Positions 1-11,810 of a stretch of DNA of 64,000 nt are shown one piece after another. Every line of letters begins with the position of its first letter. The stretch's first letter is position 1. The stretch comes from Marsupella aquatica. Lineage: Eukaryota > Plantae > Marchantiophyta. The translations under genes and the position numbers were made by a program. The notes beneath the pieces are model-generated. The model searched no databases. It was not told the origin of the DNA and saw nothing but the letters and a program-made list of their open reading frames with translations. The stretch lies in assembly GCA_973895155.1 (NCBI GenBank), contig OZ316892.1, positions 7,609,251-7,673,250 on the forward strand, in the 5' to 3' direction.

Positions 1-201
1 AAGCTGGAAGGCAACTAGTGTTGTCCGGCCACTAATCTGCAAGTATCTTCTGCTCGTTTGGTTGGGCACGGTGGAGCGGTGCAGAGTCACGGACGACTCT
101 TGTGTGTCCGATTTCGTGGCGAGCTACGTAGACATTCAGCGATTGAGTGATTAAGTTATTCATCGATAGAGTGATTCGATTGTTTGAGTTGAATATCGAC
201 G

Positions 202-1197
202 ATGGCTCGACGGACCCATGTGCCGAAGTTTGGGAACTGGGATGCGAATGATCATATGCCGTACACCGTAGTCTTCGATCACGCGCGTCAGGGTCGAGGC
301 AAACCTATCAATCCTAACGATCCCGCCGAGAACCCGAGCATGTTCCCCGCAGGCAGAGGGGCTGGTGGAGGAGGTCCCGGAGGTCCCGGAGGTCCCGGAG
401 CTCGACGACATTTCAACCCTAGTGACCCCGAGGAGTCGACGGACGGAGCAGATCACCACCCGCAACAGGAGAGGCCGCCCGCTCAGCAGCAGCAGCAAGG
501 GGTCGTTAGAGAGGGGAGTGGTAGTGGAAGTGGAGGCGCACGAACGGGGGGCCAGCAGCAGCTGTCGCAACAACGGGCGACTGGAGCAGAGGAACGACGC
601 AGAATGTCGTCTGGGCAGGCGAATTTGCCGTCCAGAGGGCCATCTGCCGACCTCAGCAAGCGGCCAAGTAGAGAGAGCGCGCTCGATCGTAACGTAGAGA
701 GCCCCTCGACCAGCTTCTCCGCTGACCAATCCCCCTCACATCCTTCCGGAGGTTCTGGACCAAGGTATGAGGGAAGTGCAGGTGGGCGAGGTGCGGGGAC
801 CAGGTTGGGGGGCAACTCACCCGCGTATGACCCAACGCGACGCAAGTCGACCGGGGAGGACGGAGGCCAGGTTTTCGCCCCGGCCACACCCAATAGATCG
901 CGTTTCGGAAATGGGAAGAACTCCAGGGAAGAGGCTCCCACGAAAGGTCCGTCAGCTGCACTGCCGAAGTTTGGTGCTTGGGATGCGCAGGATCCTGGCT
1001 CGGGAGACGGCTTCACCGTCATTTTTAACAATGCCAGAAACGAGAAGAAGTCCGGCGGGCCTGTGAACCTTAACCCCAAAACTCCGGAACGAGAAAATAA
1101 AGACCTTTACGAGAATTCGAATACCCAGGGTTATCAGAAGAGGCATAGCAGGCATAACAGCTGGTGTTGCTGCTTGTCACCAAGAGTGAAGCCGTAA
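202..1197 (+). CDS. RIN4: RIN4/NOI-family protein (RPM1-interacting protein 4-like), 331 aa, intronless
   Basis: N-terminal NOI domain VPKFGNWD...PYTVVFDHAR and C-terminal NOI domain LPKFGAWD..DPGSGDGFTVIFNNARNEKK. Both carry the AvrRpt2 cleavage consensus (V/L)PxFGxW. C-terminal WCCC is the acylation/membrane-anchor motif. A Gly/Ser/Pro/Gln-rich disordered linker joins the domains. One continuous ATG-to-TAA ORF. Confidence 0.95.
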   Translation: MARRTHVPKFGNWDANDHMPYTVVFDHARQGRGKPINPNDPAENPSMFPAGRGAGGGGPGGPGGPGARRHFNPSDPEESTDGADHHPQQERPPAQQQQQGVVREGSGSGSGGARTGGQQQLSQQRATGAEERRRMSSGQANLPSRGPSADLSKRPSRESALDRNVESPSTSFSADQSPSHPSGGSGPRYEGSAGGRGAGTRLGGNSPAYDPTRRKSTGEDGGQVFAPATPNRSRFGNGKNSREEAPTKGPSAALPKFGAWDAQDPGSGDGFTVIFNNARNEKKSGGPVNLNPKTPERENKDLYENSNTQGYQKRHSRHNSWCCCLSPRVKP

Positions 1198-3169
1198 GCC
1201 AGGCAGGCAGACGGACAGGCAGACGATAGGCAAGACCGACGGACGGCAGCTGTATGCGACCTGACCTACCTACTGCTGTAGTAGTAGTAATGCTTGAATG
1301 AATTCTTTGGCTAAAGCATATACAAGACGTAAAATTACATGGTTTGAAGCCGACTTGGCTTAGCTCGGCTCTGCTCAGCTCAGCTCACCGTCGACCATGC
1401 GAAAGGACAGGGATTGATGGAATCCTCACGGATGGTGATGGAGGGGATTCGCTTTTTGGAGCTGTAACCTGTGATGGTACCTGCCCGTAGTACAACACCC
1501 TCTCTGAAGCTGTTAATAACACGTGCTAGACAGCTCGCATTCCTGGTTCACATCACATTACACAGACTGCTGCCACAAGCACGATGGAAGGTACCCAACC
1601 CTAAGTGAAAGGTTGTGAATGAATGGTTCTTCCTCTCACTTATTCTGGTGTTTGACGGATTTGATCTGCTTACGAAGGGGAACCTGATCAGGACATGTTG
1701 CACGGAAAGTATCGGAGGGGGTTATTTTCAACCATCACGTGGTCTTGCCCTCCTGCACGAGGGCTGCTATGGGTCTGGAAGTCACTCGGCTGAGAATTCA
1801 TGGTGGAGATTATGAAGTTGAAGAAGTGAGATTCATTCAGACCAAGGCGGATGGATTGATGGAGAGACATTGTAGCAAGATGCTTTCCTGGCGGAACGAA
1901 GTAAATGCTAGCCGCTGCAGTGTGCATGACTCGCACGATAGGATTGCAGATGTAATTTAAACGTCAGTAACTATTGGTTGAAAAGTAGCTTGGCACCGCT
2001 TTCCGAGAAAACCGCCCAGGCTACTTTGGTATTGATGTAAATGACTCACTCCTGAAGGAGCACGTCCAGTTTTTGATGTCGACAGTAAAGTATTTTTTCT
2101 TTCTCCCCCAAATAGACTCGAGACTACAGGCTACAGGGTTCAGAGATCGTCTTGAGATCGTCTTCCTGGAGTACAGTAAAGTAACTTCCATGGATTGCCG
2201 ATTGGTGCTGAGTTCATCCCTTGCTGCCATCTTGGAAAACTTCAGCGGCGTCATTGCATTTCACTCCTGGGATTTTATCTATTAGTTTGAAGGCATCTTA
2301 GGATCCTAACTGTTGCTGTAGATAGCCTGTATACACAGTTCAATCCTGGTGGCGTGTTCCTTATTGATCTTTGCGTTTGGAAGTAGGGTCACTGTTGGGT
2401 AATGCGGGAGGCAATAGTTCTAATACCTGCGATTGATAGCATTGTCTAAATTGGTCAAAACTGAGCAGCCCATATTCATTATATTAATTAGAAATGAAAG
2501 TCGGGTTCTTATCCTGCATTTTTGAACATTACGGTAAGACCTCATGTAGTTTCCTGCAAGAAATGTCAAATTCTGACTTCCTCGTGCAGTTTCTAGGTTC
2601 TGAGCTTGGGTTGTGGGGTCAGTCTGGTATTGTGCTCCTTAAGTGGTCTTCCTTGTCAATCCTGATTTTACTCTTCTAGAAGTCTGGTTGCGATCGTTTC
2701 AAGCTGTGCATACTTTACATCATTTGGGCAATCCAACGTCATGTTCAGTTCCTTCCTAAGCCTCTGGTTAGGTGGACTACCTTTAAATCTCTTTCAAGGA
2801 TTATTCATGCATGTCAATTCACTACATTTCCCGAGAGGAGTGGACATTATGTACCCGCTATAGAGTATCGTCTGACCGTGTAAGCAACTCTAGGGTTTTG
2901 CAGTTTTGTCTTTGAATATTTACGTTCTTCGGACTTCTTACTCATTTTAGAGCATTGTGCTGTCCCGTGAATGAGGTCAGCCATAGATGTTAAGGGTATA
3001 TGGGGATAGAAGTCCTTAGTTTGTCGAATTTGGTTTGTAATCTGGATCTTGACCTGAGTTTCTCACTCAGGTATCCCTCTAACTCGGATTGGACTTTACC
3101 TAATTTGCATCCAAGATAAATTCATTACTGGATAAGTCTTCGTTTTAGCCCACCAGTGTCCCCGAAGCA

Positions 3170-6100
3170 GAAGCAAAACCTGGTGGATCCTGGCAAAACT
3201 GCTGGTGGATCCTGGCAGAAGCAAAACCTGGTGGATCCTGCAGGCTAAGTTAGTCACTAACGTTCTTAGTCGTGGTCATTCTGTCTTGGAGGCTAAGTTA
3301 GTCACTAACGTTCTTAAACCTTAACCTGGTAAGTCGTGGTCATTGTGTCTTGGAGGCATAAGGAAAACCTGGTGGATCTACACTCTTAACACTAATTAGT
3401 ATCGTAACTTATAATCTGGTGTATCTACACTTTTTAACACTAACTATAATTATAACTTGTTTTGTCTCCTAGCTTAAATAGTTTGACACACACTTATAAT
3501 CTGGTGTATGTACACTTTTAACACTAATTAATCTATGGACCCCCATGTTCATCCAAGGAATGTGTGTTTGATGAAGTGAAATCAATTTTCAACAAGACGG
3601 TAATCTATGGTTTTGAGTCTCCTGATGGTCTTGGTGTGTGCTCGTACAAAAAAAAAGATAGAGGAGATTTATCAACGGGAGATTGAATATGGAGGAATTA
3701 AGTTTTTTGACGGTTTTTGCTTACACAATGGAGAAATCGTGTTTCTATCATTCATGATTGATCGTTTGTGAATTACATTGAGCATTACTGCCACAAGACA
3801 GACTGGAGGATAACACTTGGCTATTGGCAAAAGAGCACTTGTCGATTCGGTGGGAAGAACACACAAAACAAACGAGTCATCACTTCACATGAAGGATTTG
3901 TAGTTGTTTTATTTAAGAAAGCTATGGCGTCAGAGAGACCAACGATTGTTTCTTTGACATAGAGGTTGTATTTGGCGTCAACCTGTGTTCAGAGTGAGCT
4001 TCAGTTGAAGACTAGAGGAATGCGAACAATTCAAGCCGAGAAGCAAGCATTGTGGACAAGGGATGGCGACGTAATCAAAAAAATCAATTTTCAACGACTA
4101 AGTTTGTGGCGGTGATGAGATTGTCATATCTCTTAATCGAGAAAGGGTTTCCAATGAGCCTCAGATTGACAAATTTTGTCAAGTTCCAAATGAGTTTTTG
4201 AATTTCTTTGCCTTTCCAATGAGTGTGAGTATAAGAAATATTGATCATGAGTCCATGAATTCTTTTAGTTTTCCAACATTGAGTACGACATTAACAAATT
4301 TTACGTCAGATTTTGTCACGATACTAAAGAGATCATGAGGTTTTCAATCTCTCTAGCTTTCTAATGTGTGACATTGAGATTATTAGTCAAGAATTAGAGA
4401 GATCATGATATCTGAATTTCTCTAGCTTTCCAATGAACCTAACATTGATAGAGTTTGTCAAATATTAAGGAGATGATGAGTTTTTAGTTTTACTTTAGCT
4501 TTCCAATGAGTGTGACATTGAGAGAATTTATGATCAAGACAATATTAAAGAGGTCACTAGTTTCTAAATCTTGATCTTGAGTTTTCCAATGAATCAAACA
4601 TTGACAATTTTATCAAATACTAAGGAGATTGATTATTTAGTTTTACAATGTGAAGCCAAAGGGGTTTTAACTATGTACATTTCTATTGGTTGGTTTTTTC
4701 AAGCTTGCAAACAATTAAAAAATATAAGCATTTTGATATAAAACACTGATATATCTTTGACAAACATCAAAATGGTGACTTTATTTTACTAAATGACATA
4801 TCTCCCTTTGTATTTTGGTTTTTTTACATTCAATATTTACGGCATGGCACCCCAAAAATTACGTTGCTTTTGCCACAAACAGGAATGTGCACGTTTGTTA
4901 TTGTTAAAAGTAGAATCATTCCTGTTTGTGGTTGGTTGTGGTGATGTGGCGCAACCTCGTGGCAGGGAATTTGCAAGAGACCTCTCATGGGGGTCCGTAA
5001 TTATTATCATAACTTGTTTAGTCTCCTTGCTTAAATAGTTTGACACACTTTTAGTATCGGAACTTATAATCTGGTGTATCTACACTCTTTACACTAATTA
5101 GTATCATAACTTATTTAATCTCCTTGCTTAAATAGCTTGACACACAATGCTAAGGGTGTGGCTACAAATCTCAAAACAATATAAAAAATAGTTTCCTTAT
5201 TAGTCTCCTATAGATTAATAAAAACTGACAGTGGGAAAAGAACCCTGGTGGAGTTTGAGTATGAAAATGTGCACATGACAATTCCTATCTGGAAATGAAG
5301 TTTGAGTACTAGGATTGCAGTGAGTTTAGTCTATTGTCATTCATTCTAGTTTGGTTTTGATTGCATTCATAAACTGCTTTTCAATTAATCATATTTTAAT
5401 AAATTTTGAATTTTAATTGACATTTATTTAATATTTTATAAGCCCTTGCAAATACATCTTAGGACTGGAAAATTTTGTAATTTTTATAAGTTACACACAT
5501 TAATTCAGGGTTTATCACTCACTATTTGCTTGTCTTGAAAAATAATCTCACTTACTTTAATTTACAATGAAATTTATTTGCTCTCACTCTTTAATATATA
5601 GTCTCACACACAATAATAATGGTGACATCCTTAAAAAACCTTTGTTCTAAATATTGTGTGTGTCACTAACTACGGCAATCAGTGTAGGTCCCTGTATTTT
5701 GCCAATAATGTTCTTAAGCCTAGTCTTGGTTTAATTCATTACTGTCCCAGAAGCAGGATCTGGTGGATAGTCACTAATGTTCTTAAACCTTAACCTGGTA
5801 AGTTTTGGGTTAACTTACACTGTCCTGTAAGAGAAGGAAAACCTGGTGGATCCAGTTCCCCAAATTTCTTGAGCAGGGAAGTTAAATGCAAAACCTGATG
5901 GATCCAGGCCAGAAAATTAGTCAGTAATGTTCTTAAGCCATCCCTATCTCAAAGGAAAATGGGTCAGTAATGTTCTTAAACAGTCCATGTCCCCTAAGGA
6001 AAATGCATTCATAATGTTCTTAGACCACCACTAGCTATGACAAAAACCTGGTTTCACCGTAAATAGTACCCTTTTCATTAAATTGTGGAGCAAAATGACA

Positions 6101-6620
6101 TGAGAGAGGAGAAGAATGAGTGGAATGGGAAAAAGGAGAGAAGACTTGGACACTTCCCCCTTTTATATGGCTAGTGGCAATTTAAACCATCCATGTCACC
6201 TAAGGAAAATGCCGTGGTTCCAGGTTACCAACATTGGTCAACAAAGTTCTCAAGAAAATTTTTAAAGTGCATTATTCTGTCCTCTGGAAACCTGGTGGAC
6301 ATGGCAGTTTAGAGTACTTACCACAATGACTCAATAATGTTTCCAAAGACAATTAAAAGAGGCAGTATTTTGTAGTCCCCAAAATTAATCAATAATGTTC
6401 TACAGAAAGCAAAAAGGGCATAGTCTTGTGGTCCCCTAACCTGATGGACAGTGGGGTTCAAAATGTACCAAAATTAATCAATAATGCTTTTAAAGAAAGC
6501 ACAAAAAAGTTTGTAATGTTGTCCTCCCCTAACCTGGTGGACAGTTACGAAAACTAAGTCAATAATGTTTTAAAGAAAGTGAAAAGTGCATTATTTTGTC
6601 CTCCTCAACCTGGTGGACAG
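3170..6620. repeat. Degenerate motif array (CCTGGTGGA(T/C) alternating with AGTCA(C/A/G)TAA(C/T)GTTCTTA), interrupted by the 1466-bp element
   Basis: About a dozen CCTGGTGGA-like copies at ~3179, 3202, 3227, 3368, 5243, 5759, 5842, 5894, 6291, 6440, 6533 and 6609, interspersed with the second motif. An AT-rich unit (acactaattagtatcataacttg...cttaaatagtttgacacac) repeats on both sides of the 3532-4997 insertion. Confidence 0.7.
3532..4997 (+). mobile_element. Non-autonomous DNA transposon, copy A (1466 bp)
   Basis: Reverse-complement homologue of 43892-45357 along its length. Inverted repeats GGACCCCCATG (3537-3547) and CATGGGGGTCC (4986-4996). TAA flanks both ends (3529-3531, 4998-5000). Internal degenerate TAGCTTTCCAATGA repeats. 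Confidence 0.85.
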
Positions 6621-8035
6621 TGTGATTTAAAGGAGAGCCTCTCAATGTAACCTAGTTCCAAGCATGATTCAATGATAAAATCTCCTCTAAAGCTTCTGGG
6701 ATTTTTGCCTCTCAGTTTATGGAAACACTTTTGTAGTTAGGACACCTAGATTATAGTAACTTCGATTTTTTCAGACTGGTAGAGCAAGTGTACGTTGCTG
6801 GCAGTTAGGCAGTAATTTGCAGGTCTCATCTCTTAAATTTATTCTAAAAGGCAGAATCTACCAGAACCTTGTGACAATTGCCGAAAGATGTCCCCAACTT
6901 GCTATGGCCTCTTTTTTTTTGTCGTGGATGAATTATTTTGGGAGTAGAAATGTAAGAGTAAACGGTCAGCTCACGGTCAGCATCAATTGCCCGAGTCTAC
7001 TTGGAGCTAGCCAGAACTAGACCCCAGTAGGCCAGGTTGATTGAACATGTACACAAAGGTCAGTCTACTTAGCTAAACAGATCCAAACCAAAATTTACCA
7101 GAATAGCTTACCAAGTTGTCTTGACTTGACTGCGAGTGTGTTAGTAATGCCATTGTCCTCGATGAAGGCTAGCGCTACTTGTAGATGCACGAACTCCTGT
7201 AATGAGTGTTGGTATAAAGCAGAATTATGCCTCTGATTAGATTCCTAACTTGTTGATGTGCAGATTGGAATGGACATCCTCCTTTCCTTCAAATGCTTTT
7301 AAAAAGTTTGAATGAAGATCACCTCGCTCATAAAAACAGACAGAATGTCCATATTTTGAGATGGATTAAGGTCATTTTCCCTTGAAATAACCAATTGCAA
7401 TTCATTTAAAAAGGTCACTCAAAGATTGTGGAGCCCAGAGGACCAGGGAAGTCGGCACCAGGAGAGACACAAGACCACCTGGTATACGAGAGTCATGAGC
7501 ATGGGGTTGGCGCCATGCTAAAGAGCAATATCGGAACAACAAGAACGCTCTACAAGGGGGCATTAAGGGGCATTAGTTGACAGCCTTTCTTTTTAGGACA
7601 TGCTTTAGGCTAATCTGGCAATCAGGAGAAAAAAAGTTAGATGTATTGTTGTCTTAAAAAAAAAACCGAAGTCATGCTTAGAGAGTCCTACTGTAGTATA
7701 TTATATAGTAGGTAGAAAATATAGAGGAGGCTTTCATTCTCACGGACCTGGTAAGGAAATACATGTTGAAATTATATTATATGTAATCTTGAAAATTAAG
7801 GACCTGAGGGAATTAGTCACTCTGGGTAATCTCCAAAATCCTTAAACCACAGCTGCTATCCGTAGCGCCCAGGCCCCTGCCAGGTCACTGGTCATTCCTG
7901 CCCAAGTGAACAGTGCCTCTCTGCTCCAAGCAGTATTTCACTTACTGTCTGTCCATTTTCAGCCAACGAAAAAGTAAGGATTCTCTTTTGTAAAATTCTC
8001 ATGAAATATAAAGTATGTTTGTCTGGGTAAGTGTA

Positions 8036-8310
8036 ACGTGCGAGCAAACAGTAAAAATTTTACTCGCACGAGCAAAAAAATTCCTGCATGACCCCTATTT
8101 TTCTACATGCAAGTGACTCGCTATCAACTACCTGGTTGGTAACATCCCTTTTGGGGACTCCCTTTTTGCTAGCGAGCTCGCTAGCAATCTGGAATCCTTT
8201 AAAAAACACAAAAAATGTAAAGGGCACCAAAAAGCAACTGAAATTTGGAACCATTATTGTCTCGCTATCAAAATCTGCTCGCTATCAAAATCTCCTGTTT
8301 GCTCGCAACA
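8036..8310. mobile_element. MITE, probably Tc1/mariner (Stowaway-like)
   Basis: Perfect 13-bp inverted repeats TGCGAGCAAACAG (8039-8051) and CTGTTTGCTCGCA (8295-8307). TA lies 3 bp outside each repeat. Internal CTCGCTATCAA repeats. Confidence 0.7.
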
Positions 8311-8344
8311 TAGAATACCTCTGTTTGTCTGCCTTTTACCAGTC

Positions 8345-8545
8345 ATAAATCTCATTTTGAACCATAGATTGACCCCTATGATGTACACACGAGATGACAA
8401 TGGGTATTTTTGGCCATAGATTGACCCCTATGATGTACACACGAGATGACAATGGGTATTTTTGGCTGCCTTGTGCTAGTCATAGATCTCAATTTTACCC
8501 ATAGATTGACCCCTATGATGAACAGACCAACGAGATGACAATGAT
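8345..8545. repeat. Tandem repeat, ~52-bp unit x3
   Basis: CCATAGATTGACCCCTATGATG(T/A)ACA...CGAGATGACAATG occurs three times. Confidence 0.9.
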
Positions 8546-10756
8546 AGAATTGCATTCATGAATGTGATTGTACTTCTAAGTTGTATGAGAATTGTATCAC
8601 AAAACCATTACAGATCCCAGTCTACTGATTTGTGCATGTCTTTTGGTCAAAAACTTAGACCTCCTCTGGCTGTGGCCTACAAATTTAGACCTCCTCTGGC
8701 GGTGGCCTAAAAGAATGGACCAAGCTGCCACTTCTATTCAGGGTATTGCATTTGTTATCTCCATATTTCACACATTTGCCCCTGGGGTATTGCATTTATT
8801 ATTGCCATACCTCCCACATTGGGGTCAGGCATTTTAATGTGTGTGCAAGACAGCATTTTACCTTTAAGGTCCAACTTACATGTCATTGGCCCTGTGTTTT
8901 GCAGTCCTCAACTTCATACATGGCATAAAAATATCCATTGATAATATTGTGGAGATACCACAAATTCCGGTAGGGCTTATGCCATAAAAGTGCAGAACAG
9001 CCCTTGCAGGTCAAGTCCTTTGAATCTCACATAAAGCAAAATGTCCTGCATAATGTGTAGTGGACAAAGACATATGGGGTATACATGGGCAAGGGCAATA
9101 ATCACACTTAGCAGGATAAGATCTACTTTTTCCCACAAACTTTGCAAGTATTTAGGGCCAAATTCTTCAAGGCTGCCTACATGCAAGTTGTGTCTTATAG
9201 CCAACTCACATGTCAATGGCCCTTGATCGAATTGATGAACAGATCGACATGATGACAATGATAGAGGAACGACAAGCTTGGGGTTTACGAAGCTGATGCC
9301 GCTGATTACGACTATCAAGGTTTCAAGAATTGAAATAGATAGTGCAAGGAGGGGAGACTGTTCAACATTATTTTGCTGTAGTGCACCATTGCCACGGAAC
9401 TATTGGGATTGGTGCTGAGAATTAAATGACTATCGTAAAGATTGGAGCTTCTTTGGCTTTGAGCAAGTGTTGTGATGGGATTCAGAGTCTAAAGATTTTA
9501 ATAGGTGGGGTTGTCGTGCGTCCAGAGGAAAAATCAAGCTCTACATGAATTGAAGTTTGAAGAAGATTTTGCTTGGGCATTAATTGGTGAAGATCAGGTG
9601 CGGGGCGGGGGGGGGGGGGGGGGGGGCGGCGCCTTTGATGTGCTCTTTGGGTGGATCAAAGAATCTTGGTGACGTTTATTGGTTGGAAAGAGTACCCCAG
9701 TACTTACAATTTTAAGAAGGGACTCCATCTTGCGTGGAAGCGCATAGTATTTGTTAGAGATGCTTTGCTTTGTAAGTTGGACAGGAGCATAGAATTAGTG
9801 GTAGGCATTGGGTTTAGAATGTGTCCTGCTGGTGTGGCCCCAGCTGGGACTGTGGACTTTGGGTTCTCTGCCAGTGCATGACCTATTGTGGTCCGGGTTA
9901 GGTCCCTTGGATTTTAGGGGCGTTTATGCTAGTTCTGCTTGGGCTTTAGTGATTATGATGCCCTGTTCTGCTGGCCTTTTGGGCTCATCTCCTTTTTGGC
10001 TCATTTCTTGGTCCCTTATGGTTCTTGGTTTGCCCTTTCCCTTGCCCTATAATTGGGTTCTTGCTTTTTTGGGGCCTTTTGGTAAGAGGAGTCTTTTTGG
10101 TGGTTGTGCTGCCTGCTTCCCCCCTACCATAGGGTTTTTGCGGTTTTTAATAAAGTTTTTAAAAATTCTGAGGGAAAGGTCGGGATCAACAGTAAGGACC
10201 ATAACATTTGCAGCCCTTGCCCTTCAAACTCCTGAAGTTTTGCTGTGAGGAGGGGCTCAAGAGATGGGCAAAGCAAGAAAGTCTCTTGCAGTAAAGACCT
10301 GGCACAAGTTCACGTAGGGCTGTTGTGCATGTAGATGGTCCTGAACGGCCCTTTGCATAACTGGTGGTGGCCCCCGAGTGACCATGACTATCCCCTGAGT
10401 GACGCTGTCCTGATACACTAATCTAGGATTTTGAAGGGCAAGGCGACACGGAAATTTTCTGGCCCTTCACCGTCCCCACCTTTGTTAGTTATATGAATAT
10501 TAAGATGTGTTGCCCTGTAGAATTAAGAAACTGAAGGGACAAAGAAGGACACCTGGGTGACAAAGGACACGCCGGGCACACATCCTGAAGTAGCAGATTA
10601 TGTGAGGATTTGAGATGACCTTTTTGCGGACAATTCAGGAGTCATAAGGGCAGCATTTTTTAAGACAAAGGCACATGCCAGATAGCCCTTAGAGGGCCCA
10701 TTTTTTGGAGACCACCACACGCAAGAAGGCCCTCAACTTTGCTTTGGATTAATCTA

Positions 10757-10868
10757 CACTAGCCCCAACTACTCATCTTTGAACATTAATACAGGATAAT
10801 AAAAATGTCAATAAAATTTAATTATATACTATTCTCATTCCTTTGAAGGTTAATGAAATGATAAAAAA
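10757..10868 (+). repeat. Dispersed ~110-bp repeat (also 21834-21950 + and 22306-22418 -)
   Basis: CACTAGCCCCAACTAC..TCTTTGAAC...AATAAAAATGTCA...TTTGAAGGTTAATGAAATGATAAAAAAA matches the reverse complement of 22306-22418 and, more loosely, 21834-21950. Confidence 0.75.
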
Positions 10869-11205
10869 ACCATCATGCCTGGGCCCATAATTTAAAAATC
10901 ATAATATTTTCTATGCAATATATCCTCTAGCTTCACGCTTTATATATATAAGATTGAACGGCCCCCACCTCCTTGTAAAGCCCCCCCTCATAACCATCAT
11001 GCCTGGGCCCATAATTTAAAAATCATAACATTTTCTATGCAATATATCCTCTAGCTTCACGCTTTATATATATAAGATTGAACGGCCCCCACCTCCTTGT
11101 AAAGCCCCCCCTCATATTCATGTCCTAATATTCACGCTTTATATCTAAAATTTAACGGCCCACACCTCCTTGTAAAGCACCCCCTCAGATTCATGTCCTA
11201 ATATT
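10868..11205. repeat. Recent 124-bp tandem duplication plus a partial third copy, upstream of CML-1
   Basis: AACCATCATGCCTGGGCCCATAATTT...CCTCCTTGTAAAGCCCCCCCTCAT starts at 10868 and 10992 and is nearly identical. A shorter variant follows to ~11205. Confidence 0.9.
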
Positions 11206-11322
11206 CGGGTCTGGACGCTTCTAAAGGACACATTCCATCGCGCCTTCCAATTGCTTGAATAGTCACTTGTAGTCTATTATTCTATTCTATTAGGAGGGAC
11301 ACCAACTCACGGTGTTTCTCCG

Positions 11323-11411
11323 ACGCGGTCCAGGCCAAAGCGCGCTCTTGAACTCGAGACATCAGCGCACGAAGGACACGGGACTCGAGAAGCGGGAGTA
11401 CTACTATATAA
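11323..11411 (+). promoter_or_regulatory. Core promoter of CML-1: TATA box with upstream CGCG boxes
   Basis: TATATAA at 11405-11411, followed by a pyrimidine-rich UTR-like stretch. ACGCGG (11323-11328) and GCGCGC (11340-11345) fit the CAMTA vCGCGb consensus. Confidence 0.55.
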
Positions 11412-11810
11412 CCCCTGCTGCCGCCATAGCCAAATTGAACACAGTCATCAATAAGTTTGAGAACAGGACGACAGAGCCCGAATACAATCATCTCGTATCA
11501 TCGGTTGCTATCTTCTCTCGTTGAAGGAATTTCATCTCACATCGATCATACTTTCTACTCAGTACATCTTCGATCACCGCCGAATTCGTTGTCTCTTTCT
11601 TTGAAGAGTGAGTCGATAAATTCTTGGTTGGTTGCATCATCGCTTGTTATCTTCGTTGTTTGAAGACTTTCTACTTTAAGGAGACATCTATCGTTGATTA
11701 CTGCTCATCTTTTTGTTTCATTGAAAAGCAGAGTAGAGAAAATTTTTGGTTGGCTTGATACGGCTTCGATAGCACTCATAATTCAGGGAGGAGTCGTTCT
11801 TGATTCTGAA

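Noticed and set aside
160-1155. Overlapping ORFs of 67-198 aa around RIN4
   Set aside because: Shadow frames of a GC-rich CDS with no domain motifs.
3201-3208. E. coli Chi site GCTGGTGG
   Set aside because: A variant of the local CCTGGTGGA repeat, with no relevance in a plant genome.
9400-10170. T-rich stretch with a 146-aa hydrophobic ORF, possibly a membrane protein or a LINE 3' end
   Set aside because: The hydrophobicity reflects T/G-rich composition. It ends in AATAAA and an A-rich tail like a LINE 3' end, but no diagnostic motif supports either call.
11694-11810. 39-aa N-terminal extension of CML-1 in the ORF track
   Set aside because: It starts at TTG. A eukaryotic gene more likely starts at ATG 11811 or a later Met.
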